Shown piece by piece: positions 45,689-53,868 of a stretch of 64,000 nucleotides of DNA. The stretch comes from a virus. The stretch is from the IMG/VR virus record IMGVR_UViG_3300032053_000047, positions 1-64,000 of that record, one strand, 5' to 3'. A program made the translations under genes and the position numbers. Positions within the stretch are counted from its first letter, which is position 1. The number at the start of each line of letters is the position of its first letter. The notes below the pieces were generated by a model, which was not told where the DNA came from, searched no databases, and saw only the letters and a list, made by a program, of their open reading frames with translations.

Positions 45689-45989
45689 CTACGTCATCAC
45701 CCGGCGCAGCATCGACTATCCGCATACTCATTTTTATCTTGTTTGGGGCGCATGGTAGGGCGGTTAGGACGACCTTTTTCCCAGCTTCCCGCAATGTGTC
45801 CGCGGGGAGTTTATCCGGCCATGCCCGTATGTGGCGGCGGTGGATTTCCGCATAGGTTTCCCGTTGCGTTCGGGCGATGACCTCCCCTTCACGTTCACGG
45901 AATGAACGGGTATCAGGCGGATCTTGCCGGATCATGAAAACATGAATAATGCTGCTATACCGAAGACGGCTAACATAATTGATGACCAC
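45651..45989 (-). CDS. hypothetical protein
   Basis: ORF upstream of and overlapping int. Confidence 0.4.
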   Translation of the reverse strand: MVINYVSRLRYSSIIHVFMIRQDPPDTRSFREREGEVIARTQRETYAEIHRRHIRAWPDKLPADTLREAGKKVVLTALPCAPNKIKMSMRIVDAAPGDDVVEVVKTESPHAP

Positions 45990-46067
45990 ATGTTTTCAAA
46001 CGCATTACCCATTCCAAAGAATAGAGGACCAAGGGCACCAATGAATATTCCGAGTAAATCCCACATG

Positions 46068-46439
46068 TCAATTCTCCTCTTTTATCGCTGCTAAAATCCG
46101 TTCGATGTTTCGTTTGTTCTTTCCATATGCGACAATTTGGCCTAATGTCTTAGAATTGGCCTCGATACGCGTAGTTTTTTCGTCTACGGGGGTGAGAATC
46201 AGCGTGACTTCATCACCCCATGTCCAGAGACTTACCGGCGTACCTGCTGTGATTATGCCCGCCTGTTTATCACTGAACTTGACGGTCCAACCAAGATCGG
46301 CGACTGCACGGACCGCCGCAGAGAAAGCCGTATCTATATTTCCGCCGTAAACGACAGGGTCAATGCCGCCGCGCCCCGTACTCGTGGAAGCACACCCGAA
46401 GAGGAACAAAACTAAAACAATACACAATCCGCGTTTCAT
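46068..46439 (-). CDS. lipoprotein (lysogenic conversion/exclusion candidate)
   Basis: lipobox LFGC. Confidence 0.75.
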   Translation of the reverse strand: MKRGLCIVLVLFLFGCASTSTGRGGIDPVVYGGNIDTAFSAAVRAVADLGWTVKFSDKQAGIITAGTPVSLWTWGDEVTLILTPVDEKTTRIEANSKTLGQIVAYGKNKRNIERILAAIKEEN

Positions 46440-46442
46440 CGC

Positions 46443-46955
46443 CTACCGACCTCCGTAGTTGCTCGCGCGCGCTTCCCGTTTATGCGTCACCGCCTCAATG
46501 GCTTTTTGTCGCCATAATGCTGTATCTCCGGCATTTCCGGGCGCAGTCTGAGTGATCGGCACAAGATCTGTATGAATGCCGTCTGGCAGATTGGCAGATG
46601 CACCACTTGCCGCGTCAATCCCTATGCCTATAGGCGCAAGCAGGCCGATTAGTAATAGGTTGCCAAAACCCGATCCCGCCGCGTTCTTTCCTACTGTTCG
46701 GTTAATAGGAGAGGTGACGGTATGATATCCGTCAAGAGTGTAGGTAGCAAAATAGTTCTTCTTTTTGGAGAGTTTTATTGTCCCCGGTGTGGTAGTCGTA
46801 AAGTAAAGACCCGGCTTTTTCGATTCCACGGCCACCTTTGCGCCGCGAGGTTCAGAGGTAAAAGTAACGTTCTTGCTCGTATTGCCTAGAATTGTAGCGC
46901 AACTCGCCAAAGAAACGAGCATAATTATAATCACTGCAACCCTAACCCTTCTCAT
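46443..46955 (-). CDS. PEGA-like domain lipoprotein
   Basis: lipobox LASC-ATI; FTSEPRGAKV; GIDAASGA. Confidence 0.78.
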   Translation of the reverse strand: MRRVRVAVIIIMLVSLASCATILGNTSKNVTFTSEPRGAKVAVESKKPGLYFTTTTPGTIKLSKKKNYFATYTLDGYHTVTSPINRTVGKNAAGSGFGNLLLIGLLAPIGIGIDAASGASANLPDGIHTDLVPITQTAPGNAGDTALWRQKAIEAVTHKREARASNYGGR

Positions 46956-47159
46956 AATGTCCCCTTTCTCGGTTTTTCCACTAGCTTTGTCCAGTGTTTC
47001 CTTCAATAATACCGTATTACTTATAACTCCTATTGACAAAGAAACCTATTGGTGATAAAAGGATTCCGCTGCGGTGCAGGCCACTCCTGAGTCTGCCGGG
47101 GTGCCGCCGATCCTGCCTAAATGATTTGGGGAGGTACGGGCATGAAGTCACAATACGAG

Positions 47160-47570
47160 TCATTTTTTGCCTGTCTTAAACGGCATCTCGGCGCGATCCA
47201 TCGCGGTCGCATAGCAGGTTACAAACGTGCCAAGCTTTTCGATCTTTCGGTCGAGGCTGAACTCGCGGTCGGGCAAATTAAGAGCAGCGGCAAGCGCATT
47301 CGCGTCAAGCCTGGCAACCCTAAGCGGGTCCGAAGTTGAATCGCTAATTTCAGCGGGCGGCATTATCTTCATAATAAATCCATGTTCACGCAACCAAGGC
47401 TCTAGGCTGGAACGCTTCTCTGGGCCAAGAACGCCACGGCTCACAAAATCATACAGCGGCTGCGGAGTTTTCAATCCAATTGCTTTGGCGATATCTGTTA
47501 CGTGAATTCGCTTAGACGCGGCGGAAAGCGCCGCTCGTAGCCGTTCTTTTTCCGGTTCCATGTTGAACAT
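47160..47570 (-). CDS. putative repressor (HTH)
   Basis: VTDIAKAIGLKTPQPLYDF; divergent from cro-like gene. Confidence 0.6.
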   Translation of the reverse strand: MFNMEPEKERLRAALSAASKRIHVTDIAKAIGLKTPQPLYDFVSRGVLGPEKRSSLEPWLREHGFIMKIMPPAEISDSTSDPLRVARLDANALAAALNLPDREFSLDRKIEKLGTFVTCYATAMDRAEMPFKTGKK

Positions 47571-47638
47571 TGTAAACGCTGTAAGTCCTTATCACAAGCC
47601 TCTCTAGAGCAATCTAGACACCCCAGTCAAAATTCCTC

Positions 47639-47667
47639 TTGACAAATCTAGGTAAATCGTCTAAGAT
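47639..47667 (+). promoter_or_regulatory. rightward lytic promoter with AATCTAG operator-like repeats
   Basis: TTGACA-17-TAAGAT; AATCTAG at 47611, 47645, 47677. Confidence 0.75.
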
Positions 47668-47693
47668 TCTAAACGGAATCTAGGAGGTACACG

Positions 47694-48005
47694 ATGAACA
47701 AAGACAATAATGACCGCCCGCCGAGGGCTGAACGGCTTCGTGAATTACGCGGTGAACGAACCCTCCGCGAAGTAGCTAAACAGTTGGGGCTTTCACCTGC
47801 AACCATATCACTTAATGAAAATGGATACCCAATTTCCGCCGAGGTAGCCAACCTCTACAGCCAATTCTATGGCGTCGAAGTATCCGAATTTTGGACGCCA
47901 CCGGAACTTCCAATGGCCGACGCGGCCCAATCCGCGTCCTCTTGCGCTGACAATAGTTTACCACTGGCCGACGAAAATTTCAACCTGGAAGATGTCCATG
48001 CCTAA
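47694..48005 (+). CDS. Cro-like XRE HTH regulator
   Basis: LRELRGERTLREVAKQLGLSPATISLNENG; AGGAGG SD. Confidence 0.88.
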   Translation: MNKDNNDRPPRAERLRELRGERTLREVAKQLGLSPATISLNENGYPISAEVANLYSQFYGVEVSEFWTPPELPMADAAQSASSCADNSLPLADENFNLEDVHA

Positions 48006-48288
48006 AGTCGCAACTGCCGATCTCGCGATGCGCGAGTACTGGACCCCCGCCCAGGCGGCGCGGGTGCTCGGCCACGGGGCGGCATTCTGGCGGGCCGCGT
48101 TTGACCGCGGCGACGTCCAGGGGCAACTCGCGGGGGATCGCCGGTATCTAGTCGCCGGTTCAGCCCGCGTCTACCTGACTGGCCTATGCCGGGCCACTGC
48201 GCCCACAAAACCGCTGCAAACCCGCGGAGAAGCGGCTGTAGCGCGGTTCATGGCCCAACATGGGGCGCGGCCAGTTAGTACGAATTGA
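47998..48288 (+). CDS. excisionase-like HTH protein
   Basis: WTPAQAARVLG...GDRRYLV. Confidence 0.6.
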   Translation: MPKVATADLAMREYWTPAQAARVLGHGAAFWRAAFDRGDVQGQLAGDRRYLVAGSARVYLTGLCRATAPTKPLQTRGEAAVARFMAQHGARPVSTN

Positions 48289-48330
48289 CGAAAACGGAGG
48301 GGATCTGAAATTTGAATCGGCAACGCCGAC

Positions 48331-48404
48331 GGCAGGCTTGGCGCGGCTAGGCACGGCGAGGAATGGCCTGGCTAGGACCGGCTGGGCACGGCATGGGATG
48401 GTTT
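48331..48404 (+). repeat. GGY-NN pentamer array 1 (putative guide RNA)
   Basis: GGCA followed by 14 GGN-NN units, intergenic. Confidence 0.85.
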
Positions 48405-48423
48405 ACAAAATGGAGGAAACAAC

Positions 48424-49095
48424 GTGAAGAAGACAGAGGAAGCGGAAGCGGCACCAAAACAAAAGACGGTTTTAATTGAAAAGCCAAACATGGAAATCGG
48501 GCTTTTCCGTATCCGTGGAACGGCTCCTTATGTGCAACACCGTTTCGCCACGAAAGCCAAGGAAATGATGAAGGCGAAACAGGAAGCCGGATCAACGGCA
48601 GCAAAAGGCGCAAAGCGAGAAGCTAAAAACTTCATGGCAGAGTATGAGGCGGCGATGTACAAGATCGGCGCAAACGGGAAACCGGTGGAACATGGCATTC
48701 CCGCGCCTGCATTCCGTAACGCCATGATCTCGGCTTGCCGGGTTGTCGGCTTCCCTATGACGCGCGGCAAGTTGGCCGTGTTTGTGGAGGCCGATGCGTT
48801 CGATGAAAGCGACGGCACGCCCTTGGTGCGCATCATCAAAGGCAAACCCCACTGTACTGAAATGCCAGTGCGCCTCGAAACAGGCGTGATCGATATTAGG
48901 GTACGCCCGATGTGGGACGCGGGGTGGGAAGCCGAAGTGCGTATCCGATTCGATGCCGACATGTTCACGTTGGAAGACATCGGAAATCTGTTGTTCCGGG
49001 CGGGCGTGCAGGTAGGTATCGGTGAAGGACGGCCCGACAGCAAAAAGTCCTGCGGGATGGGCTGGGGGTTATTCGAGGTTGTCAAAAGCAAGTAG
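48424..49095 (+). CDS. stand-alone Cas7/RAMP-like protein
   Basis: FRIRGTAPYVQH, GIPAPAFRNAM, C-terminal G-rich loop GVQVGIGEGRP...GMGWGLFEV; GGAGG SD. Confidence 0.75.
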   Translation: MKKTEEAEAAPKQKTVLIEKPNMEIGLFRIRGTAPYVQHRFATKAKEMMKAKQEAGSTAAKGAKREAKNFMAEYEAAMYKIGANGKPVEHGIPAPAFRNAMISACRVVGFPMTRGKLAVFVEADAFDESDGTPLVRIIKGKPHCTEMPVRLETGVIDIRVRPMWDAGWEAEVRIRFDADMFTLEDIGNLLFRAGVQVGIGEGRPDSKKSCGMGWGLFEVVKSK

Positions 49096-49123
49096 CCGCC
49101 GCTGTGTGTGATAGTTGAATCAA

Positions 49124-49279
49124 GGCAGGCACGGCGGGGCCGGGCATGGCGGGGCTCAACGGGGTTCGGCTTGGCGCGACTTGGCGAGATAGGCTTGGCA
49201 GGCGCGGTTCGGCGGGGCGGGGCGGGGCGGGGCGGGGTATGGCACGGTTCGGCAAGGCATGGCAGGCATGAAACGGTTG
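49124..49279 (+). repeat. GGY-NN pentamer array 2 (two full units plus a stub)
   Basis: about 29 pentamers punctuated by GGCAGGC at 49124, 49197, 49261. Confidence 0.85.
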
Positions 49280-49280
49280 A

Positions 49281-49763
49281 GTGAGCGAAACGACGAAAGG
49301 ACAGAACGGAATGGACAGTTCAGTGTTGGATGAACTTGAGATGATCCGCGTCAAAAGCGGCGGCGTGCTCAAGCCAGAAGATGTAGTCCAGCGGGCGAAG
49401 GGCAAAAGCAACCCGCTACACAAGTATTTCACATGGGATGATACGGCGGCGGCGCGTGAATACCGCCTGTGGCAGGCCCGTGAGTTAATCCGCGTTCATG
49501 TGCGTATCGAATCACCGGGGCAAACATTTCCAACCCGCGTGTACGTCAGTCTCGATGCCGACCGGCAAGATGCGGGCGGCGGGTATCGCCACATCGACGA
49601 CGTGTTAACCAATACAGACTTGCGCAGCCAACTACTTGACGAGGCCGACCGCGACTTCCGGTATTGGGAAGCCAAGTATTCACACTTGAAAGAACTCGCT
49701 GGCGTTATCGAATCAATGGATATGGTGCGGACAAGACGTAGCAAGAAATCCAAGGCGGCGTAA
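49281..49763 (+). CDS. conserved phage protein linked to the RAMP-like gene
   Basis: LKPEDVV..A...NPLHKYFTWDDTAAAREYRLWQARELIR. Confidence 0.75.
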   Translation: MSETTKGQNGMDSSVLDELEMIRVKSGGVLKPEDVVQRAKGKSNPLHKYFTWDDTAAAREYRLWQARELIRVHVRIESPGQTFPTRVYVSLDADRQDAGGGYRHIDDVLTNTDLRSQLLDEADRDFRYWEAKYSHLKELAGVIESMDMVRTRRSKKSKAA

Positions 49764-49773
49764 CGGAGGCCAC

Positions 49774-50049
49774 ATGACGGCACGTAAGTGGAAACAGAAA
49801 CGGGCATTACAGCGGTTCGCGGAGGCGGTCCAGGCGCTACCCGGATTAGCCTTATGGGGAAAATGCAAAACGCTTGAAGACGTTCTGTATCGCGTTGCCC
49901 ATCCCGCTTGGCTGCCAATTGTAGATGCATGTACGGAAAGAACTGGTTTTGCGCCAATGGATGCGGCCAACATCGAATCCCGCAAGGATATTCGCTGGCT
50001 CTACCGGAGGTTACTTACCGCCTGCGGTGTTGATGCACGGCACGTATAG
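49774..50049 (+). CDS. hypothetical protein
   Basis: GGAGG SD. Confidence 0.6.
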   Translation: MTARKWKQKRALQRFAEAVQALPGLALWGKCKTLEDVLYRVAHPAWLPIVDACTERTGFAPMDAANIESRKDIRWLYRRLLTACGVDARHV

Positions 50050-50229
50050 GAGAGGGGCATGAAAACGGCGATAGTCGCGTGTAAATGCGCACACGCATGG
50101 CAGGACGCCCGTTACGGCGCACACAACCGCGTGCATAACTACTCCCCGAACAAAACTTCGCCGAAATGGGTTTGCACAGTATGTCGCGCTGAAAAACCAG
50201 CGCCTAATATTTAAGAAAGGAGAGGAACT

Positions 50230-50463
50230 ATGAGACTAGAACTCTACGGCAGTGGACCACCGCAAGAGCAGGTGACACGGATTCGGGTGCGGCAAAATAC
50301 TGACGCCATCATTATTGACGCAGTTGATGCCAATGGCAACCAAGTAGAGCATGGACTTTTGTTCGAGTTGACACCTAAAGGCCTTGAATGTTTTTGCAAG
50401 GTTAATAAGACATTGGGATTTCCCCTTGAAGGTGCTGGTTATATCAAGGTCATTAACAAATAG
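50230..50463 (+). CDS. hypothetical protein
   Basis: GAGG SD. Confidence 0.6.
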   Translation: MRLELYGSGPPQEQVTRIRVRQNTDAIIIDAVDANGNQVEHGLLFELTPKGLECFCKVNKTLGFPLEGAGYIKVINK

Positions 50464-50520
50464 CCTCCTTCCGCCGCGAGCCGGGGCGCGGAGTAGTACC
50501 CCGGCATAGAATTGAACTGT

Positions 50521-50593
50521 AGTCGTGTAGCGCAATAGGTAGAGCGCGGCGCTGTTAACGCCGAGGTTGTAGGTTCGAGTCCTACCGCGACTG
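50521..50593 (+). tRNA. tRNA-Asn(GTT)
   Basis: cloverleaf; CGGCG-CTGTTAA-CGCCG anticodon arm; GTAGG-TTCGAGT-CCTAC; no encoded CCA. Confidence 0.9.
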
Positions 50594-50736
50594 TTAAAAG
50601 TTGAAGAACCGATCCCCGGTGTGCCGCTGGGCACGTTCATCCTCACCATCCAACCCAGTAGCCGATTCACTCAGATAGGGACGCGCCACCCTCGCGTCCC
50701 ATGCTCAGCGGCACACTATAAAAATTGAATAGCTTT

Positions 50737-50806
50737 TTGATGTGCTGGGAAATGGTATAGCGGAGTTTGATAGTAAACAGGTTTCGATTCCTGCCAGCAC
50801 ATCGAG
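50737..50806 (+). ncRNA. short tRNA-like element
   Basis: terminal stem TTGATGTGCTGG/CCAGCACATCGA; T-arm-like CAGG-TTTCGATT-CCTG. Confidence 0.45.
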
Positions 50807-50973
50807 TTTGCGAGGATGTCACCGGGATTACCCGATGGCATTTCCGCAAAGTGGCGTCACCTGCCGTGCTCCGTTTATGCCTAGGCTGAGCGAAGTGGTG
50901 AGGGAACGCCGCCAGACTAGGCGTGACTTAATGCCACGGTTCAGAGTAACCGAGGCGAAGAAATTGAATAGTT

Positions 50974-51167
50974 CTTGATGTGTTGCGGCGTGGTGGGACA
51001 CGCTAAAAGGCGGCAACGACCGGCTAGAACCACAAAGGGGTAGTGACCCTTTCGATTGTCGGTAAGTAGGTGAGCTACTTGTAAGACGAGCGCGGAAAGT
51101 GCCGATATTGACCCGCGCATGTGGAACCGAACAAACGGGCAGGTTCAAATCCTGCCAGCGCATCGAG
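50974..51167 (+). ncRNA. long tRNA-like RNA with large insert
   Basis: 12-bp terminal stem, GCGTG/CACGC arm, GCAGG-TTCAAAT-CCTGC T-arm. Confidence 0.55.
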
Positions 51168-51482
51168 TTTTTGCCCGCCGAATGAGGGCAGTAGAACGCG
51201 AGAGAGGAGGTGGTCCGCGAGACGGCTAAGCGGACCCCATGACACAGTTGAATCTGATCTTTGGCGTGCTACCGGCTACCCTTGCGGAACATGCGCGAAC
51301 CCTGCGGACTGTCTAGACAGCGCCGTAGCAAGTATGCACTAACGGTTTAGCACACCAAAGTTTTTGCGGCCTGTGATGCCGCGAGCGGCGACACCAAGGA
51401 TTCAATCTAGCCGCATAGTGCGTGCGGTGCCGGGTTTGTGGAAACTTTCCCGGCACCGCCCTCCCCAACGAAAGGAGAACTA

Positions 51483-51839
51483 ATGTTCAGGTTAACGACA
51501 AACGACGATACTGTTGTGTTTCAGGTCCCGTGTGGAGAGGGAACTATCCGCTTTGAATGTTATTGCGGAAGCGGAGGCGCTGCATTAGTCGTTGCTAATG
51601 CACTTCGCAATGCCCATCCGGTTCTCTTCGACACCATTGAAACGGAACCCCATGTGTTAAAAAGTGAAGGGGATTGGCTACGTGAACGGTTACATGAAGT
51701 ACAGACGAAAATGGATCGTGCCGTGGCGGAGATACGCGATTTGGAGAAGATAGCGAAAAATACATCACCTATCCCTACACTTCAAGAATTTGGATTGTTT
51801 CGAGACGCCGTGTTCGCGGCGGTGAAAAGAATCGAATAG
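51483..51839 (+). CDS. hypothetical protein
   Basis: AAGGAG SD. Confidence 0.65.
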   Translation: MFRLTTNDDTVVFQVPCGEGTIRFECYCGSGGAALVVANALRNAHPVLFDTIETEPHVLKSEGDWLRERLHEVQTKMDRAVAEIRDLEKIAKNTSPIPTLQEFGLFRDAVFAAVKRIE

Positions 51840-51858
51840 TTACCAAAGTTGAATTCGT

Positions 51859-51947
51859 GGGCGAGTGGCGAAATTGGCAAACGCAGCGGACTTAAAATCC
51901 GCTACCCCGGCCAGGGGTTTTTGTAGGTTCGAGTCCTGCCTCGCCCA
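51859..51947 (+). tRNA. tRNA-Leu(TAA)
   Basis: GGGCGAG/CTCGCCC acceptor; GCGGA-CTTAAAA-TCCGC; long variable arm. Confidence 0.92.
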
Positions 51948-52538
51948 TCTTATGAATTATTAAACTATTAGGTTTTGGCTAATAGTTGCCCCGGAGAGTA
52001 CGGGTATACAGTTGAATATTTTTAGGTGTGCTGTGGCCGAAGGAATGCGTGACGGGCGCGAGAAATCGCGTTGGTAGTGCGACGACGGCCCCAACGGTCG
52101 GCTCAATGATGGAGTAAGGAACAAACCCCTAGAGCAGCAAGCAGGTCAGCCGGGCGCGGGTGATTTTACCCGTAATGACAGTACAGGCCGAGATAATCGC
52201 CTGATAGCCATAGTATACCGATTTCCCAGCAGCGACCTTGCGGGGCCGTGCGGTGACATGGCGTAGCTCTCCCATAGAGAACGTCATGGCATCGTTACAT
52301 CAACCCGTTCCGGTTCTATCACGGCTGAGGCCGGACGCCGCTCGGATAACAGTTGACGGGTATCGGCGGATGTCCCAATGGCACTGTCCAGGAACAGTGG
52401 TCGGGCTTCGTGCGGTGCGTCCCTGGCGGGTGCGTGGGGTTCGATTCCCCAACGCACAGAATGCAGCATCCGCCGAGTTTTAGCGATGCCAAGGAGCGGG
52501 TCAACAGCGGCCCGCCCCCGCAAAGAAAGGAAAATGAT

Positions 52539-52769
52539 ATGAAAATCGTAGACAATAGAATCACTAAAACATCAATAATGGTAAATTCAGAAGATATTAA
52601 AGTGGGCATATATTTTATGGGACGCATCAATGAATGTAACGGCCTTTTCTTGCGTATCTATGAGGGAGTCGTATTTATCGATGATCCGGCCTATACGTGG
52701 AATGGATCGTGTGATGTAAGTGAGTACGAGCCTATCGAGGTCGAGATCCACATTGAACGGAACCCGTAA
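52539..52769 (+). CDS. hypothetical protein
   Basis: AAGGA SD. Confidence 0.55.
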   Translation: MKIVDNRITKTSIMVNSEDIKVGIYFMGRINECNGLFLRIYEGVVFIDDPAYTWNGSCDVSEYEPIEVEIHIERNP

Positions 52770-52896
52770 TGGCTAACTTCACGCGCCAGATCCGCCTGAA
52801 GCGTAGGCGTAGTAAACCTAAATTCAGAGGTACGAAAGCGGGCAAAGAATCGGGTTACACACGGGCGGTTAAACGGGCGTTTGGAGGAACGCGGTA

Positions 52897-53094
52897 ATGG
52901 CAGAGTTCATATCAAAAAGCGAGATTTTAGAAGCTATCAAAAGCGCACGAGCGACAATGCGGTCCGCAGATGAAGCCGCGAACGACATGGCTATCCTACT
53001 GATTGGTAGATTGCATCATGTTGGCTCATATGCCCTGAACGAGCTAAAGCACGAACTTGCGCGGTACAACATGCATACGCAGATGTGGATATGA
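52897..53094 (+). CDS. hypothetical protein
   Basis: GGAGG SD. Confidence 0.65.
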   Translation: MAEFISKSEILEAIKSARATMRSADEAANDMAILLIGRLHHVGSYALNELKHELARYNMHTQMWI

Positions 53095-53351
53095 CAACCC
53101 CACGCCCGATCTTCGCCAAGACGATCAAACCGGATAACCCGCCCCGGTCCACGCGCATCGCAGCCAGCCACTACCATTTTCAGGGCGCATACTACGACGC
53201 CGATCCTATCCACCAACCTGACAAACCCACCCGCAAACGCCCACCCGATTACGATTATGACCGCCGCTGTACCGGGTGTGGCAAAGTGCCCGAATGTTGC
53301 GAATGTGATGAGGAAGACGCACGAAACTACCGGGAAAGGCACGGATTATGA
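53085..53351 (+). CDS. hypothetical Cys-rich protein
   Basis: coupled ORF; CTGC..CCEC. Confidence 0.5.
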   Translation: MDMTTPRPIFAKTIKPDNPPRSTRIAASHYHFQGAYYDADPIHQPDKPTRKRPPDYDYDRRCTGCGKVPECCECDEEDARNYRERHGL

Positions 53352-53599
53352 ACCAGACCATCAAAGAGGGTCTCGACCGCTATACACAACACCATGTACA
53401 AACAGGTTCGTTTCTACGGGCTGTGCTTGAAAACGATCTCAGAGACGCCGTGTGTAGGGCTGATGATGACAATATGCGTGATCTGCGGGAGATCGTCATG
53501 TACGTATACTGGGAACTACCGGGCCAGTGTTGGGGATCGCCTGAACTTGTCCGGGCATGGCTTGCACAGAAACCGGCGACAGCGGAAGCAACAGTATGA
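53348..53599 (+). CDS. conserved phage protein
   Basis: GSFLRAVLENDL..AVCRAD...CWGS. Confidence 0.75.
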   Translation: MNQTIKEGLDRYTQHHVQTGSFLRAVLENDLRDAVCRADDDNMRDLREIVMYVYWELPGQCWGSPELVRAWLAQKPATAEATV

Positions 53600-53868
53600 T
53601 CACCGAGCGCCACTTAGCTCTAACTGAAATAATGATCGCCATTCTTGAGGAAATGACTCGCGTATGCGGTGCGCTATCACCACTGGCGTGCAAATATTAC
53701 GCGACCCTGGAGGGCTGTTACACTGGTATTGCGCATAGCCGCGCAGTCGAGGTTCTGCATGTGCGGAACTGTGGCGGTGCTACGGGGTGTACTGAATGAA
53801 CTGAAACGGGTCGCCAGTGCGGGCACCGCGCTAGCGGATACAACGAAGACAACGAAGGGAGACTCGGA

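Noticed and set aside
47640-47690. GAATCTTA shared between the concatenated array-1 NN string and the minus strand of the lytic promoter
   Set aside because: 8-nt match only; flanks disagree
48331-49279. Arrays as a CRISPR array, or as coding sequence (ORFs 48347-48613 and 49082-49432, minus strand)
   Set aside because: No 25-45 nt direct repeats with spacers; the minus-strand Pro/Arg-rich ORFs are shadows of the repeat and overlap real genes
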